Below are positions 11,246-24,475 of a DNA stretch of 64,000 nt, one piece after another. The notes under the pieces were generated by a model. It was given only the letters and a program-made list of their open reading frames with translations, had not been told where the DNA came from and ran no database searches. Origin of the DNA: Hypanus sabinus (taxonomy: Eukaryota); contig NC_082713.1 of NCBI RefSeq assembly GCF_030144855.1, positions 53,816,001-53,880,000 of the forward strand. The letters run 5' to 3'. Position 1 is the stretch's first letter. Each line of letters opens with the position of its first letter. The position numbers and the translations under genes are program-made.

Positions 11246-11854
11246 TACTAGTGTGGTCCAGTATATTAGAACAGAACTCTCATTATTCAGAAGGTTTTTA
11301 TCTAGGTGCACCACTCATTTTAACCATGTGTATCAAAATCAGTGCAGCACCCTGCAAGAGGGGTGAAATAACAACAATGCTACTTCAGCCACTGTTCAAG
11401 CACAAATGTTAAGAGGCAGAAATACAAGGTTTCCACTAGTTAAAACTGTAAGCATTTCTAATGATACTGTATCTCTAATATAGCAGAGACCATCCTTGTA
11501 TTTAAGTACACTGATACATGACAGTAATGGAGCTACCTTTTCATAGAGTCAAAATTCTCCAATAAGTAGAAGTGTTGTTTGTGAAATCACAAGCCAATGC
11601 GGAAGACACAAGCCAACAAGATGACAGGGCCAGTATCAATATATTATTAGTCATCACCAAAATTGGTGGTCAAGGCAAAATGCACCCACACCTCCAAGCT
11701 TCATTAACAGGACTTTTTTTTTAATTTATCCAGTTTCTTTTTTGTTTTAAAAAAAACCCCTAAAGTCTGCAAAAAGTGAGAAAAATATCACAGGCATCTT
11801 TGACAACCTTAGAAGCCACAATTCACAAGTATTCTGATGCTGAAATAAGCTCCA

Positions 11855-11995
11855 GTAACACAAGAGATGATGCAGATTTAGAAAATCCACAGCAACACAT
11901 AAAATGATGAAGGAATTCAGCAGGTTAAGCAACATCCATGGAAAGGAATGAACATTCAATTCTTTGGGCTTGGATCCTTCATCAAGACCCAAAAT
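11855..11995 (-). mobile_element. Short Penelope-derived repeat with decayed hammerhead core
   Basis: Minus strand reads gtcttgatgaaggatccaagcccaaag...ttcctttccatggatgttgc...cctgctgaattcc. Confidence 0.65.
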
Positions 11996-14481
11996 GCTGA
12001 CAATTTTAATTTGTAATAGAAACAGCAAAAAAAATGCACTTGCCAATGTGTCAATTAATTGAATGTCTAACTTTCTACCTTCCTGTTTTCCTTGAAAGCA
12101 TGTTTGGGAAAAAAAAACAGGATAAGATGTTATTATCTCTTGTGCCAATGGGTTGTGAGCACCTGCTCAAGACGGCCTTGATGCTGGAAGTGGCACAGGG
12201 TTGACACGGGTTGTCAAGTAGGCATCCTCCCTACTCTATGTTTCATCAGTAAGCACATCTGCAGAGGGTTCGATGTCATCTTCTGGCATCCCAGAGTTAT
12301 TCCCCCCCCCCCCCCCCCGCCCGTTGTGTCCTCCTACTCTCTTGGAACCCAGGAGAGGTCTTTTCACTTGATCTGAAGCCACTCCCTGCTTCTTTACACT
12401 GCCTCTGGTGATTTGCCATGGACTCTGCCCATGGATCACTAACTCCTTCAGCTATTTGGTGTTGGATACAACTATAAATCCCCAACAACCCACTTCCATA
12501 GGACAAACTTTGGTTTTCCATTCCCATCGTTGAGCTGCTAGATCTGCATAATACTTAACAATAGATCCAAGAAAGATGAATATGTGTAAACACAATCTAT
12601 AATCTCATTCCAGATGGCCACTGAGGGCAAAGCATCATAATTCAATATCTGCATAAAATCATTTCACAGCCAGATACACTAGGATCCAATCAAGGAGCTA
12701 CAGCCCAAGCAGATATTTCTTCCCACTTCCTTTATTTCCAAGTCCAACAGTATTGCAGTTCTAACAAATAGGCTAAATCAGCTGATATTTCATTTTGATG
12801 GGAGCTACCATTGCCTATCAGCTGATACATATTGTATTGGCCTGTTGGAAAAGTGAATAGTCATACATTTGTGTGTTGATGTTGGGAGTGGCACAGGGTT
12901 GACGTGGGGTTTTCATGTGGGCACCCTCCTTCCTCATCGAGTGTTTTGAGCTGTATCATCCTGCATTTAAACCACTCAGTGTAGAACATATACATCAGAT
13001 AAGTGTCCATAAAATAACTTAAACCCAAAGAATTTATTTTTCCACACCTATGCCTAACATGATGAATTTTGCTTCTGTACCTTCCAGAGTCGGTAACCAT
13101 TAAAAGTAGCAATTAATAAGGTACATACAAAAATAATTATTTTTGTTTACACGAACATGTGAGAACACTAATATTGTTTCATTATAAGTAGATATTGAAT
13201 ATTGATCCTCAGTGGTCATATTCTTAAAGGTTTATTGCCAGTGGATAAAGCAGTTCACGTTCAAGTTTTACAATACGAATCACGATTTTCATGCTACAAG
13301 TTTTTCTCATTAATTTTGATGTATATACACAATTCAAACTATCTATTTTATTACAAGTGTAATTTTTAAAATATGCAACCATCAATTTAACCATGAAATT
13401 TAATTTTTGATATTAGAATAGCATCTGGAAGGAAAACTTCCAAATGAATCACTAACAATCCTGTTACTATGATATCAAACTATGTTTGGCTCCTGCCAAG
13501 AACGATTACTATACTTTCAAATCCTAACACAAACGGCATTTGGCCCATCTTGCTAAGTCAACCCTCAGTTTCCTGCAATCTATTCTGTTGAATGCCCATT
13601 AACTCTTCCTTCTTCCGCTGCACCAGTCACACAGGCTTTATCAGCAGTAAAAGATGGGAGAATAAGATTTGGTTTTTAAACCTGAAATACATCAACAGAA
13701 GGATATCAGAAACACATTCAATAGCAAATTTCACAAAGGAATTTAAGAAGTATTTCCCCTTGAATCAGAGATCAGGGACTAACGGGACTAGGACCAAGTC
13801 TCTTGTGTCTCCACTAACTAGCTGGTCCCATTAAAAAGCCTCATGGGCATAAAGGCTGAATGCCTCATTCTTCATTTTATAATTTTATATTCCCACCTCA
13901 GCCAAGCCAATTATCAAAGAAGGCTGCTCAACTCTACTCAAATACATCCTAAACAGGATCTATTGGGTGAATAAGCATCACCCATAAATAATGTTTAAAA
14001 ACAATCCTAATGAACTTTTCAAAAACTTTCAAGGAGATGTGTTTAAAATAGTTTTCTGAAATCTAAATATGGCCATGGAATTCCATTGTTATTAACAATA
14101 TACTTGAAGAGAGTCAATCCAATAGAAAACTGTATGAATAAAATTGAGTAGAACTTTGCAACTGTATTTAAAGCTGCATATCCAGAAAATATATGCCACA
14201 GTCATTTTAGGATAGGCTATATTGATGACTGACAGATTGTTCTACAAGATGTTCACTCAGGCAAGAGAGAATGTGGATGTAGCATAACAGGTATTAATCA
14301 ATTATATTAAAATTACTTTGTTCTTTTCTGTCAGAAATTGGCATTGCTACATTTTATATTTAGAAATTGTTACTGTTTCAGTCTTCTGTTCATCTATGAT
14401 AGGAGTCTTCAAATATTGTTACATGTACCATATCCAGAAGAAAGTGCGCCAGTGGATAAAGCTAGACCTCATCCATCACAT

Positions 14482-15641
14482 ACACAATAGACAGTAGGTG
14501 CAGGAGTAGGCCATTCGGCCCTTCTAGCCAGCACCGCCATTCACTGTGATCATGGCTGATCATACACAATCAGTACCCCGTTCCTGCCCTCTCCCCATAT
14601 CCCTTGACCCCGCTATCTATCTAACTCTCTCTTGAATGCATCCAGAGACTTGGTCTACACTGCCTTCTGGGGCAGAGCATTCCACATATCCACCACTCTC
14701 TGGGTGAAAAAGTTTTTCTGCATCTCTGTTCTAAATGGCCTACCCCTTATTCTTAAACTGTGGCCTCTAGTTCTGGACTCACCCATCAGCAGGAACATGC
14801 TTCCTGCCTCCAGTGTGTCCAATCCCTTAATAATCTTATATGTTTCAATCAGATCCCCTCTCATCCTTCTAAATTCCAATGCATACAAGCCCAGTCGCTC
14901 CAATCTTTCAACATATGACAGTCCCGCCATTCCAGGAATTAACCATGTGAACCTACATTGCACTCACTCAATAGCAAGAATGTCCTTCCTCAAATTTGGA
15001 GACCAAAACTGCACACAATACTCCAGGTGTGGTCTCACCAGGGCCCTGTACAGCTGCAGAAGGATCTCTTTACTCCTATACTCAATTCCTCTTGTTATAA
15101 AAACCAGCATGCCATTAGCTTTCTTCACTGCCTGCTGTACCTGCATGCTTGCATTCATTGACTGATGTACAAGAACACCTAGATCTCATTGTACTTCCCC
15201 TTTTCCTAACTTGACACCATTCAGATAGTAATCTGCCTTCCTATTTTTGCCACCAAAGTGGATAACCTCACATTTATCCACATTAAACTGCATCTGCCAT
15301 ACATTTGCCCACTCACCCAACCTGTCCAAGTCACCTTGCATTCTCATACCATCCTCCTGACATTTCACACTGCCACTCAGCTTTGTGTCATCAGCAAATT
15401 TGCTAATGTTACTTTTAATCCCTTCATCTAAATCATTAATGTATATTGTAAACTGCTGCAGTCCCAGCACCGAACCTTGCGGTACCCCACTGGTCACAGC
15501 CTGCCATTCCGAAAGGGACCCGTTAATCACCACTCTTTGTTTCCTGTCAGCCAGCCAATTTTCAATCCATGTCAGTACTCTGCCCCCAATACCATGTGCC
15601 CTAATTTTGCCCACTAATCTCCTATGTGGGACTTTATCAAA
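14482..15641 (-). mobile_element. 5'-truncated CR1 LINE (RT C-half and 3' UTR) with in-frame stops
   Basis: Three consecutive same-frame ORFs (15186-15671, 14964-15158, 14655-14963) carry FDKVPH, GVPQGSVLG, KFADDTK and LVRPHLEYCVQFWSP. The 3' UTR matches the copy at 27390-29140. Confidence 0.95.
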
Positions 15642-15774
15642 GTCAACAAAGACTTTATCACAAGATAACATTCTTCTGTGTCAAAATGGCATTCGTTTTT
15701 TTTTAAAAAAGTTGGACTTTGGCAGACTTGGGGGAAAAAAGCAATTTACTTTTCAAATTCATCTTCTTAGAGTA

Positions 15775-15895
15775 ACGCACACAAAATGCTGAGGAACTCA
15801 GCGGGTCAGGAAGCATCTCTGGTAATGAACCCGAGACCCTCCATCAGGATTTGAAAGAAAGGGGGCATAAACCAGAATAAGGTGGGGGGGGGGGA
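15775..15895 (-). mobile_element. Penelope-derived terminal repeat fragment
   Basis: acacaaaatgctgaggaactcagcgggtcagg...ccgagaccctccatcagga; the minus strand gives cctgatggagggtctcgg. Confidence 0.7.
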
Positions 15896-16229
15896 AGTAC
15901 ATGGGGTTTAGCGTACATAGAGTGCTGGCTGATCAGCCTGGCATTGTTCATTTCTTTTCAGCTGGACAGTCCCATTTACACGCCCGTTGTCCCACAGAGA
16001 GGCGTTGAACAATGCAATTCTTTTTTAGTTGGTTCCCTTTCATAACTATGGAGGTTTACTCTTAAACCTGTTTCCTATTAAAATTACATCGGAAAAATAC
16101 GAAAATTAAACACAGAAATCAATTTCAAGTATTACTTAAACATACAGCGCGGAAAATTGCGATTCCAGATATACCCGACCTGCCCTCCACAGAATATTTA
16201 AAAGGGTTAAATGCCGCATTACAAACACA

Positions 16230-17000
16230 AGCGATACTCTAACGAGTGTCGGTACGAAAAAGGCGTTTTTGGTGCTGCTGAATAAATTCCCTCACTCTGC
16301 CGCACCGCGTTTATGGCAGGGTGAACGCCCGGTGCATTCGCACCTAGCCCGGCATTTTCGGCACCCGTGCAATCCTCCTTTAAGTGCAGCCAGGCTGGCT
16401 CGGAGCCCCAGTTCCTGTCTTTGTGAGTGCGGAGGCGGGCGCTTGCGGCAGCCGCCCCTCGGCCCGGGGACCCACCCTCGCCCTGCACCGTGCAGGAGCT
16501 GGGAAGGGCGGCCACCGCTCCGGGAGAGGGCGGACTGTCGGCGACGACAGCAGGCGGTGGAACTGGAGACAAGACTGGGAAACGGGGCTGGGTTTCCCTC
16601 CCTCCCAACCCGTAGCTCGGGTCCGCACTTACTTTCTCCACCTCCGAGTGCATGGTACCGCTTGCGTCGCTCTGTTTGCCCGTGGCCACTCCTCGCTGCC
16701 TCCTCCCTCGGTCGCTGCCTGTTTCACTGAGCTTCCTGGCGGGAGGATATTCTCATGGCCTGGGACTGGATGGGTGTGTATGGGCGTGGGGAGGTAAACA
16801 GGGCGGCTGGATTATTAAATATGTATATAAATGAAAAGGCCGACCTTGCCCGGTTGTCTATCGAAACCAGCTGCCTTCCCCTAACCCCACCCTTGCGGCA
16901 ACGCCCCGTCGCTGTTTTGAGCACCACGCACTCGGGCACCGCCTCAAAGCGGCAGCGCCGGCGCCTCTTTGGGTCAGATTCCCACTGATCCCACGAGCCT
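16230..17000. promoter_or_regulatory. CpG island / probable promoter
   Basis: GC- and CpG-rich, apparently non-repetitive stretch in otherwise CpG-poor DNA; GC boxes (gggcgg, gggcgtgggg at ~16782); splice donors on both strands. Confidence 0.85.
16633..16653 (-). CDS. Candidate coding part of a first exon (MHSEVEK) of a host gene running leftwards; identity unconfirmed
   Basis: Minus strand reads ggtaccATGcactcggaggtggagaaa|GTAAGT: A at -3 and a consensus donor, inside the CpG island. Confidence 0.5.
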
Positions 17001-17138
17001 CTCCTTCACAAACGGCCAAACTATACGCCAATGTTACATTGGACCTTTCGACAGTAAATGCCAACATTGAAATATATTTTGCCCGAAAAAGGGAAAAAAA
17101 AATCACTGCTTTCCTTTCTGGTTGTGTTTCATTTGCAG

Positions 17139-17151
17139 TGAACCATGGAAC
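17139..17151 (+). other. Candidate 13-nt micro-exon containing an ATG
   Basis: Pyrimidine-rich acceptor tttcatttgcAG, exon tgaaccATGgaac, donor GTAAGC. Confidence 0.35.
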
Positions 17152-18169
17152 GTAAGCAACCTGTCTTCATCCTTCAGATCTGCTGTAGGCGTTGACTGAC
17201 ACATACAGGGTGGGGTAAAATGCAACGTGCTGAAACCCTACTCCAACCAAAGAAAGTGCTACATTTTAATGATGTACTGTAATATCATTGTGCACCGGGA
17301 GAATCCACTATATTAAAAACACAACATGGCGTGGGAATGTTGAAATTATCCATTTTAATCTCTTTTCCCACACATTTTGCTTTATATTCTTCAAATGCTT
17401 ATTCTGCCATCCTTTAATGAGCGTGTTCCCATTAAAATGGTTTCATCCTCACTAACTTCCTTTTCCTCTTTCAGATCGTTCTTAAAACGTACCTACTTAA
17501 TTCAGCTATTCTTCACCCCTCCCCACCCCCACCCATGTTGCTGCAAAAGGCACTTGGTGATTTAAATAGATGTTGAAAATCTCCACACTGAAGTATTTTA
17601 CCAATCAAGATATATTTCGTAAAAAAAATGTCTGACTTCACATGTCTCAGCAATGAATGACAGCTGCATCTATCCCATTTTTCAATTTCCTTATTCTGTA
17701 GTCTTGTAGCATGGATTGTTCCAGAGGAACTCAGTTGCACCAAGCAGGATGGTATTAAGATTTGTAGCAGCTTGTCCTGTTTTTTGTATTTGTCTATATT
17801 TTATTTGGAACACATGCCTTAATTTTCTGAAAACGGCCACCACATACTTTTGTGATTTCTACAACAAACATTTCAATCAAGTTGTGCATGACTTCCATTT
17901 GTTTTTTTCACAAACCCTAACAATTTAGTTATAGCAGAACCAACACTTTTTTGTGCCTCTGTGATATCCCCCCAAATTGGATTACCTTCTTGGTTAACAC
18001 ACTTTTTTTCATGATGACACGTCTTCTTTAAGTAGTGTACTGTGAAATAGTTTGACTCAATATCCTCAATGTCGCTCACAAAATACTGGGTCCTATTTTT
18101 ACTTCAATTTAGTTAAAAAAAAGACACTGCAAAATATTTTCCTGAGTGTCTCTGTCATTTCCCTCTCAG

Positions 18170-18264
18170 GTCCAAGAAGGTTTCTCTCCAAGAGTTCACT
18201 TTCTCAGCTATCACTTCTAACATGCTTAAAATGAAACCAAATATCTACTCATAAATAGGAGATG
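18170..18264 (+). other. Candidate 95-nt exon (non-coding or UTR)
   Basis: Acceptor tctctgtcatttccctctcAG and donor ATG|GTAAGC. Confidence 0.35.
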
Positions 18265-20659
18265 GTAAGCCTCCAGCAACAGTGTAAGTGATGACTGATA
18301 ATGAAAAATAATAAATTTGAAATAGGAAGTTTCAGAAGCATGGTATTTAAGAGACTAGGCTTGAGCTAAGGAGATGTAAGCAAAAAGTACAAAAATGAAC
18401 TGTTTTTAGAAATTCTTCCCACCAAGTACAGATGTCTATTATTAAGAAAGAAAAATAATGGAGGAAAATGGGCAGGTAGGAAATAACTTATAAAATAAAA
18501 GAAGAAAAGGACCTTGGATGGTAGATGATGATAAATATGAAATCAGACAAAAGGAAAATAAACTGGCCAGAAAAAAGAAGTAGGAGAAGAGTTTATTAAG
18601 TAAGGAATGTCAAAAAATGTAAACTATTTTAATAATTAAATTTGCAAGATTGAGTAGAATGGTCTAAAAGGTGGCCTACTCTGATATATGAATTCAATCC
18701 ATCGAATACATCAAATAAGTTATTTCCTCTTTTTACACAGAACTAAACTGCTTTGCAAACTATGGTTTTTGAATTTCTAAGGTTGGAATGGAACGGGTGC
18801 GAAGTGGAAATCAGATGTCGCAGTAATTAATCAACTGAGGAAGTTAAAGGAAATGTGTTCCAAATGAGCTTCAGAAATATACATTTCATTCACATTGATC
18901 TCCTTCAGTGAGCCATTTCATAAAAGGCAGTTCTCTGAGGAATGGTTAGGGATCAAGTAATAGCAAAATTTGAGATATGGTTCATAGGTAACCTAGTAGA
19001 ATCCACCAAACTAGTGTCATTTGGACTAGAAGGCATCCTGAGGAACAAGTTATGAAACAGCTGGTTAGACATGGCTCAACAAAAGAGGATCATAATGGGT
19101 GCAAGAGAGATTGGTCAAGATAAAAGTTGGTGCATTATATGTAAATCTGAGCTTTTGATGAGCAGTGAGGCCAGGTTAAGAAGATCTGGACCAGTAGATA
19201 AATTCCTGAAGTGATTTAAAAAGGCAGGAAATAGGTGGGGAAAAAAAGAGAAAATCAAATTGTCAGAGGGTCATACGGAATAGAAACATCCAGCACATCC
19301 ACAGCAAGTGTTGCACCCATATCTATTAATCCTACAGCCTTCCATCCATTGGCAATTCAAATGCATTCAAATTGATAATTAAAAGTACATAGTCCTCATG
19401 GCAAAGACCATCATTTGTAAAATGATTTGCAACTGGATACAGAAAGAAACCTGTCCAAATGATATAAAACTGGGAGCAGTTTCAAACTGGAAAACATAAG
19501 CAAACAAAATACTAACAGGTTGAGAAAATGCACAGAAGGTTCTGAATAAGTTGGGAGAATTGGTCATTTGCCAGCTCAGTGTCATTCCAATGTTATTTAG
19601 CACCAGTTTTCCATTTGGAAGAGCTTACACTGCATGTTTGAAGCATTGTGTGATTGGATAGTGAATGTAAGTAATCAATTAATACATTCCCTTTTCACCT
19701 ATTTTCATTTTGGGCAAGATTATACATTCCAAGGACTCTCTTAACCGAAAATATATCACCACTAAATTTGTTTTGCTCGACCTATGGTTAATACTGGTTC
19801 TGCTTTACTTATAATATAACATCCATTTCACATGTGTGCCACATACTGCATAGCTGAAGGCACTGGCAGATGTATATCTAGCACACATTTTGTTATAGGG
19901 AAAACAAGAAAATCTGGTTGGCAATCAGCATACACTCATATTATAGACCAATCCTTCGGTTAATGCGAACTATAATACAGATTGGGTAAAGATAGCAAAT
20001 TTTCTTACCTGAAATAGTAAATCAGGGTGAGTTTTTACAACAAACAATGTTATTTGTATTATCCCAGATCAATTGCAAGAACTTAAGATAAAAGAGACTC
20101 TGCAGGTGCTAAAACACACATAAAATACTAGAGGAACAAATCAGGTCATGATTGCTCTTGTATCTTTTTGCATATAACTCATATAAACTCCAGATGTACT
20201 GTCAATAAGGGATTTCCAATCTCTCAGTATCCATCAGACTTTTGATCTTAGACAATAAACTATTCCCATTATCCTTGCTGCAACCATGACGCTTTCATTT
20301 CATTGCACTTCATTATACTATCCATTGTTCACCTACGTGTTACTGGGTGACAAAGATAATTCAATGATTACGTGGAGAATCTGCACAATTATTTGCAGTT
20401 GGCAAACAGGGGGGCAAGTAAGCCATTGGCTTATTGAGGTTGGAGAATTGCATAATTGGTTGATAAAGTACTCAAATTTGTCGTGCCTGGTGTAGATTAA
20501 TATCCTTGACAATCATTTGAGCAAAGCTATTAAATAATCAGCTGAGGCACAGGAGGAAGAGGGTGTTCAGAAGAAGCAAGGGGACATTAGGCACCCCCTT
20601 CTCAGCTAGATATTCTCAAATCAAATAAATGTCAGTGACCGCAATCTTAACTCACTTTT

Positions 20660-20915
20660 TACTAACATGAGATTGAGCACTGAAAGGCCCTTTCAGCCCT
20701 TTGAGCTGCACCGCCCAGCATCCCCCAATTTAACCCTAGCCTAATCATGGGGCACTTTACAATGAACAATTAATCTACCAACTGGTATATCTTTGGACTT
20801 TGTGAAGAAACCCACATGGCCTCAGGGAGAACATACAAACTTCCTACAGACAGTGGCAGGAATTGAACCTGCGTCGCTGGTACTTTAAAGCGTTGTGCTA
20901 ACCACTGCGTCACTG
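20660..20915 (-). mobile_element. tRNA-derived SINE
   Basis: Minus-strand head gcagtggttagcacaacgc...caggttcaattcc (A and B boxes); body shared with 49377-49568 and 21870-22020. Confidence 0.8.
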
Positions 20916-21869
20916 TTTCCTTCTTTCACTGACCACCCAAGCATGATTATGTGACAACAAAACCCAAGTCAAACTAAACACTTACTTCCAAATTAAATGT
21001 TCAAGTTATGTCATATTGCACAAATTATGTCAAGTAATCTCTCATCTGCATCCAACTGTCCTGGATCTCCAATATGGTTTCAGAGAGTGATTGCAGCATG
21101 CTGGTGGAAACCTGTTGGCTTGGCGTGGAGGAAACAGTGGCTTATCTTCGAGGATGATCGTAAGCAACCCTATGCCTGGAAGATCTAATGCACAGTTTAA
21201 CAACCCAGCAGTTGTCACTGGAGCGACACTGAAAATGATAATACACTGTATAGAAGTCTATATTCATCACAACAAACAGCCATCATTGTTTAGACACTCT
21301 TGGTAGAGCCTCACAAACCCAAAGATATATCACATTTTTAAGCTGTTAAAATCAAAGCTAACAGTAGGTGATTCACTACAATTTCAATAGTTACAGTGTA
21401 GGGAACACATAATTTCCTTCATTATTTTGGGTTGAAAATACTTCTTTCGAATGACATATCTACAATGACAAACACCTCAGTCTTCAAACACCTTTGTCAC
21501 AAAGTATTTCACACAAATAAATTCACACTAAAAGTTTCTGGGGGCAGAAATTCAAGACACCTTAAATTAATGTTGTCTGGGCTGTCTGTGAGTACACTAA
21601 TATCAGAAGTACATAGAAACTATAGATTACCCATCCCTATGACAATGTTTGATATAAGTGAACAACATCCATCTGGTCTACCAGCGTCAACTCAGTCCCA
21701 ATGGTGCAACTAACTTAGCCTATGTTACCTGGTTTGATGCAGGCCAACTAACACAACAAGAAATCTATGCCCTCAATCATCCATTTACACTAAACCTACA
21801 TCCCATTTTTGATCCTCCCCACATTCTCATCAACTTTGTCCAGGTTTTACCACCCATCTACACACTAGG

Positions 21870-22020
21870 CACAATATACAGTGGCTAATTAACCCACCAA
21901 TCCATGTTTCTTCCAGATGTCAGTGGGAACTGGAGAACCTGGAAGTAACTCATGTTTACAGGGATAACATACAAAGTTCATGCACACTGCACTCTAGTTC
22001 AGGTGTCTGGAACTGAGGCG
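21870..22020 (-). mobile_element. Decayed tRNA-SINE fragment
   Basis: aattaacccacc...gggaactggagaacctgga...gggataacatacaaa matches the SINE body at 20660-20915. Confidence 0.55.
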
Positions 22021-22029
22021 GCAGTAAAA

Positions 22030-23735
22030 GTATATAAAGTCATTGAACACAGATATAGGCCCTTCAGCCCAACTCATCCATTTTATGATCAAAGTATGCA
22101 TACATTATACAACCTTGAGATTTGTCTCTTTTGTCACAGAACAAAGAAACCCCAAAAGAACCAATTTTAAAAGACCATCAACCACCCAGTGTGCTGAGAG
22201 AAAAAAAATCATACGAACAATAAATGTAAGCAAATAGCATTCAGAACAAAAGTTTTCCAAAAGACATGAAGCCAGACTATGCCTGGAGCAGGCCAGAGCC
22301 TCATTTCAGTGCAGAGCTGAGTAAACATCATATAGCAGAGAGCAGAACCAGCCCACCCCATGCCTCCGGTCCCAACACCCTGAACTTTTCAATCTGGCTC
22401 GGCACTTAAATCCTCCAAACGTTCTTGCTCTCAAGGGCTTGGACCTTGCCACTGCGATCCAACCCGTGCTTTTAAATATCATGATTGTACTTTCCTCAAA
22501 TGCTTTATCTGACAGCTCATTCCATATATACGCACATACCATCTACATGAAGAAATTGCTCCTTTATAAATCTTTCTCCTCTCATCTTAAATCTTTGCCC
22601 TCTTGTTTTTATTTCTCTTTCCATGGGAAAAATGGCTGTGTGCATTCATCCTATCTATGCCCCTCATGATTTTACTCACCCCAATAAATTTTCCTCCTGA
22701 ATCTCCCACATTATAAAGAACAAAGTCCTAGCCTGCCCAGCTATCCACTATAATTCAGATCCTCAAATCCCAGTAATCTTCTCATAGACAAGAGAAAATC
22801 TGAATCCCAATGAAGGGTCTCAGCCCAAAACATCAACTATTTTCTCCTTTCCATAGATGCTGCCTGGCCTGCTGAGTTCCTCCAGCATTTTGTGTGTGAA
22901 TCTTCTCATAGATTTTCTTTGCATTCTTGGCAAGTTAATGACATCATTCCTATAACAGTGTGACCAAAATTGTATTCCATACTCCAGTGAGGCCTCATTA
23001 ATGTCCTGTACAACTGCAACATTACATGTCAGCTCTTATACACAACGGCCTGACTAATGAAGGACAGCATGCCAGTCACCTTCTTCATCACTCTGTTTAC
23101 TTGTGACACCACTTTCAGCTAACTATAGTGCTATAATCCTTGGTCCCTCTGTTCTACATCACTCCCTAGGGTGCTTCCATTCACTCTGTAAGTCCTGGTT
23201 TGACTTCCCAAGATGCAACATCTCATACTTATCTCGATTGTAACACCATTTGCCAGACCTCATCCCACTTACCCAGCTGATCAAGATCCCCCTGTAATTT
23301 GAGATAACTTTTTCCACTGTCCACAATGCCATATATTTTAGAATCATCTACAAACTCTACAACCCATGCTTTATACATACTCATCTAAACTGTTTATACA
23401 AATACTGAACAACAAATATTCAGGCACCAGTCCCTATGGTACACTGCTAGTCACAGGCCTTCAGTACAAGAAACTACCATCTACATCATCCTCTAGTTCC
23501 TACCAATTAGTAATCTAGTGAGCTGGATCCCTAACCTTTCAGACTAGCCTATCATGTGTGATCTTCTCAAAGATCTTGCTTATGTCCATAAACACAATAT
23601 CCACTGCCTTTTCACTTTGTCTTTGAAAAGCTCTAACAGATCTGTCAGACACGATTTCTCATGCACAAAGCCATGCTGACTATCTATAATCTGACCTTGT
23701 CCATCCAAATGTAGGTAGATACTGCCTGTTAGAAT
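22030..23735 (-). mobile_element. Decayed CR1 LINE with nested insertions
   Basis: Minus-strand peptides SQHGFVHEKSCLTDLLELF and DKYEMLHLGKSNQ. Interrupted at ~22100-22460 by a LINE-tailed repeat and at 22789-22898 by a Penelope-derived repeat. Confidence 0.8.
22789..22898 (+). mobile_element. 110-bp Penelope-derived insertion with 14-bp TSD
   Basis: aatcttctcataga is duplicated at 22775-22788 and 22899-22912; the insert contains atgaagggtctcagcccaaaacatcaact and gatgctgcctggcctgctgagttcctccagc. Confidence 0.85.
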
Positions 23736-23739
23736 TGCT

Positions 23740-24475
23740 TTCCTTTGTGACTCCCTGTCCATTCTTCCATCCCCACCAACCACACCTTGTGACATGCCGC
23801 TTTCTCATGCAACTGCCGAAGAGGAAACATCTATTGTCTCTGCTCTTCCGTTCCCATCATCCAGGGATCCTAACAATTATGCCAAGTGAAGCAGTGAATC
23901 ACTTGTTCCTCTTCTAATCTAGTGTCCTGCATTTGATGTATTCTCTTCTACCTTGAAGAAACCAGACACAGACAGGGAAACCAAATGGAGACACACAAGA
24001 CAGAAGATGGTGGAATTTGAATTTAAAAAAAATATTGGAAAAACTCAATAGATCAAGCAGCTTTTCTGGAGGCAAAGGGGTAGTTTATATTTCTGACACA
24101 CACCCTGGTATTAGTCAGAAATATGAACTGCCCCTGGAGCAGGATGGATAAGTGCATTATGGCGAACCTGTGTTCCTTCTTCATGCTCTCCCTTCCTCTC
24201 CTATCAGATTCCAGCATCTTCAGTCCTTTGTCACTTCCACCTATCACCTTCCAGATTCTGGCCTCGTACCCACTCACCTCCATCCTCCCCTGCCTTCTGC
24301 TAATGATCCCCCTCACCTGGCTCCACATATTAACTGCCAGCTCTGGCTCTACACCTTTCTTCCAGCTCTTTTTTCTCCGTTCAGATAAAGTGTCTCAACA
24401 CGAGATGCTAACTATCCATTTCCCACTGTAGATGCTGCCTGAGCTGCCATGTTCCTCCAGGCTTTTAACGTTGCT
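23740..24475 (+). mobile_element. Decayed Penelope-like fragments (GIY-YIG remnant, inverted terminal piece, 3' end)
   Basis: Similar to 165-965; ends gatgctgcctgagctgccatgttcctccagg; an inverted piece lies at ~23990-24110. Confidence 0.6.

Noticed and set aside
14632-15792. Plus-strand ORFs of 177 and 135 aa
   Set aside because: They are antisense to the CR1 RT, a common artefact; the same applies to 27496-28083 and 28888-29153.
16219-17106. Multiple 60-156 aa ORFs in the CpG island
   Set aside because: These are expected in stop-poor GC-rich DNA. The 156-aa ORF starts at GTG and reads through a consensus splice donor.
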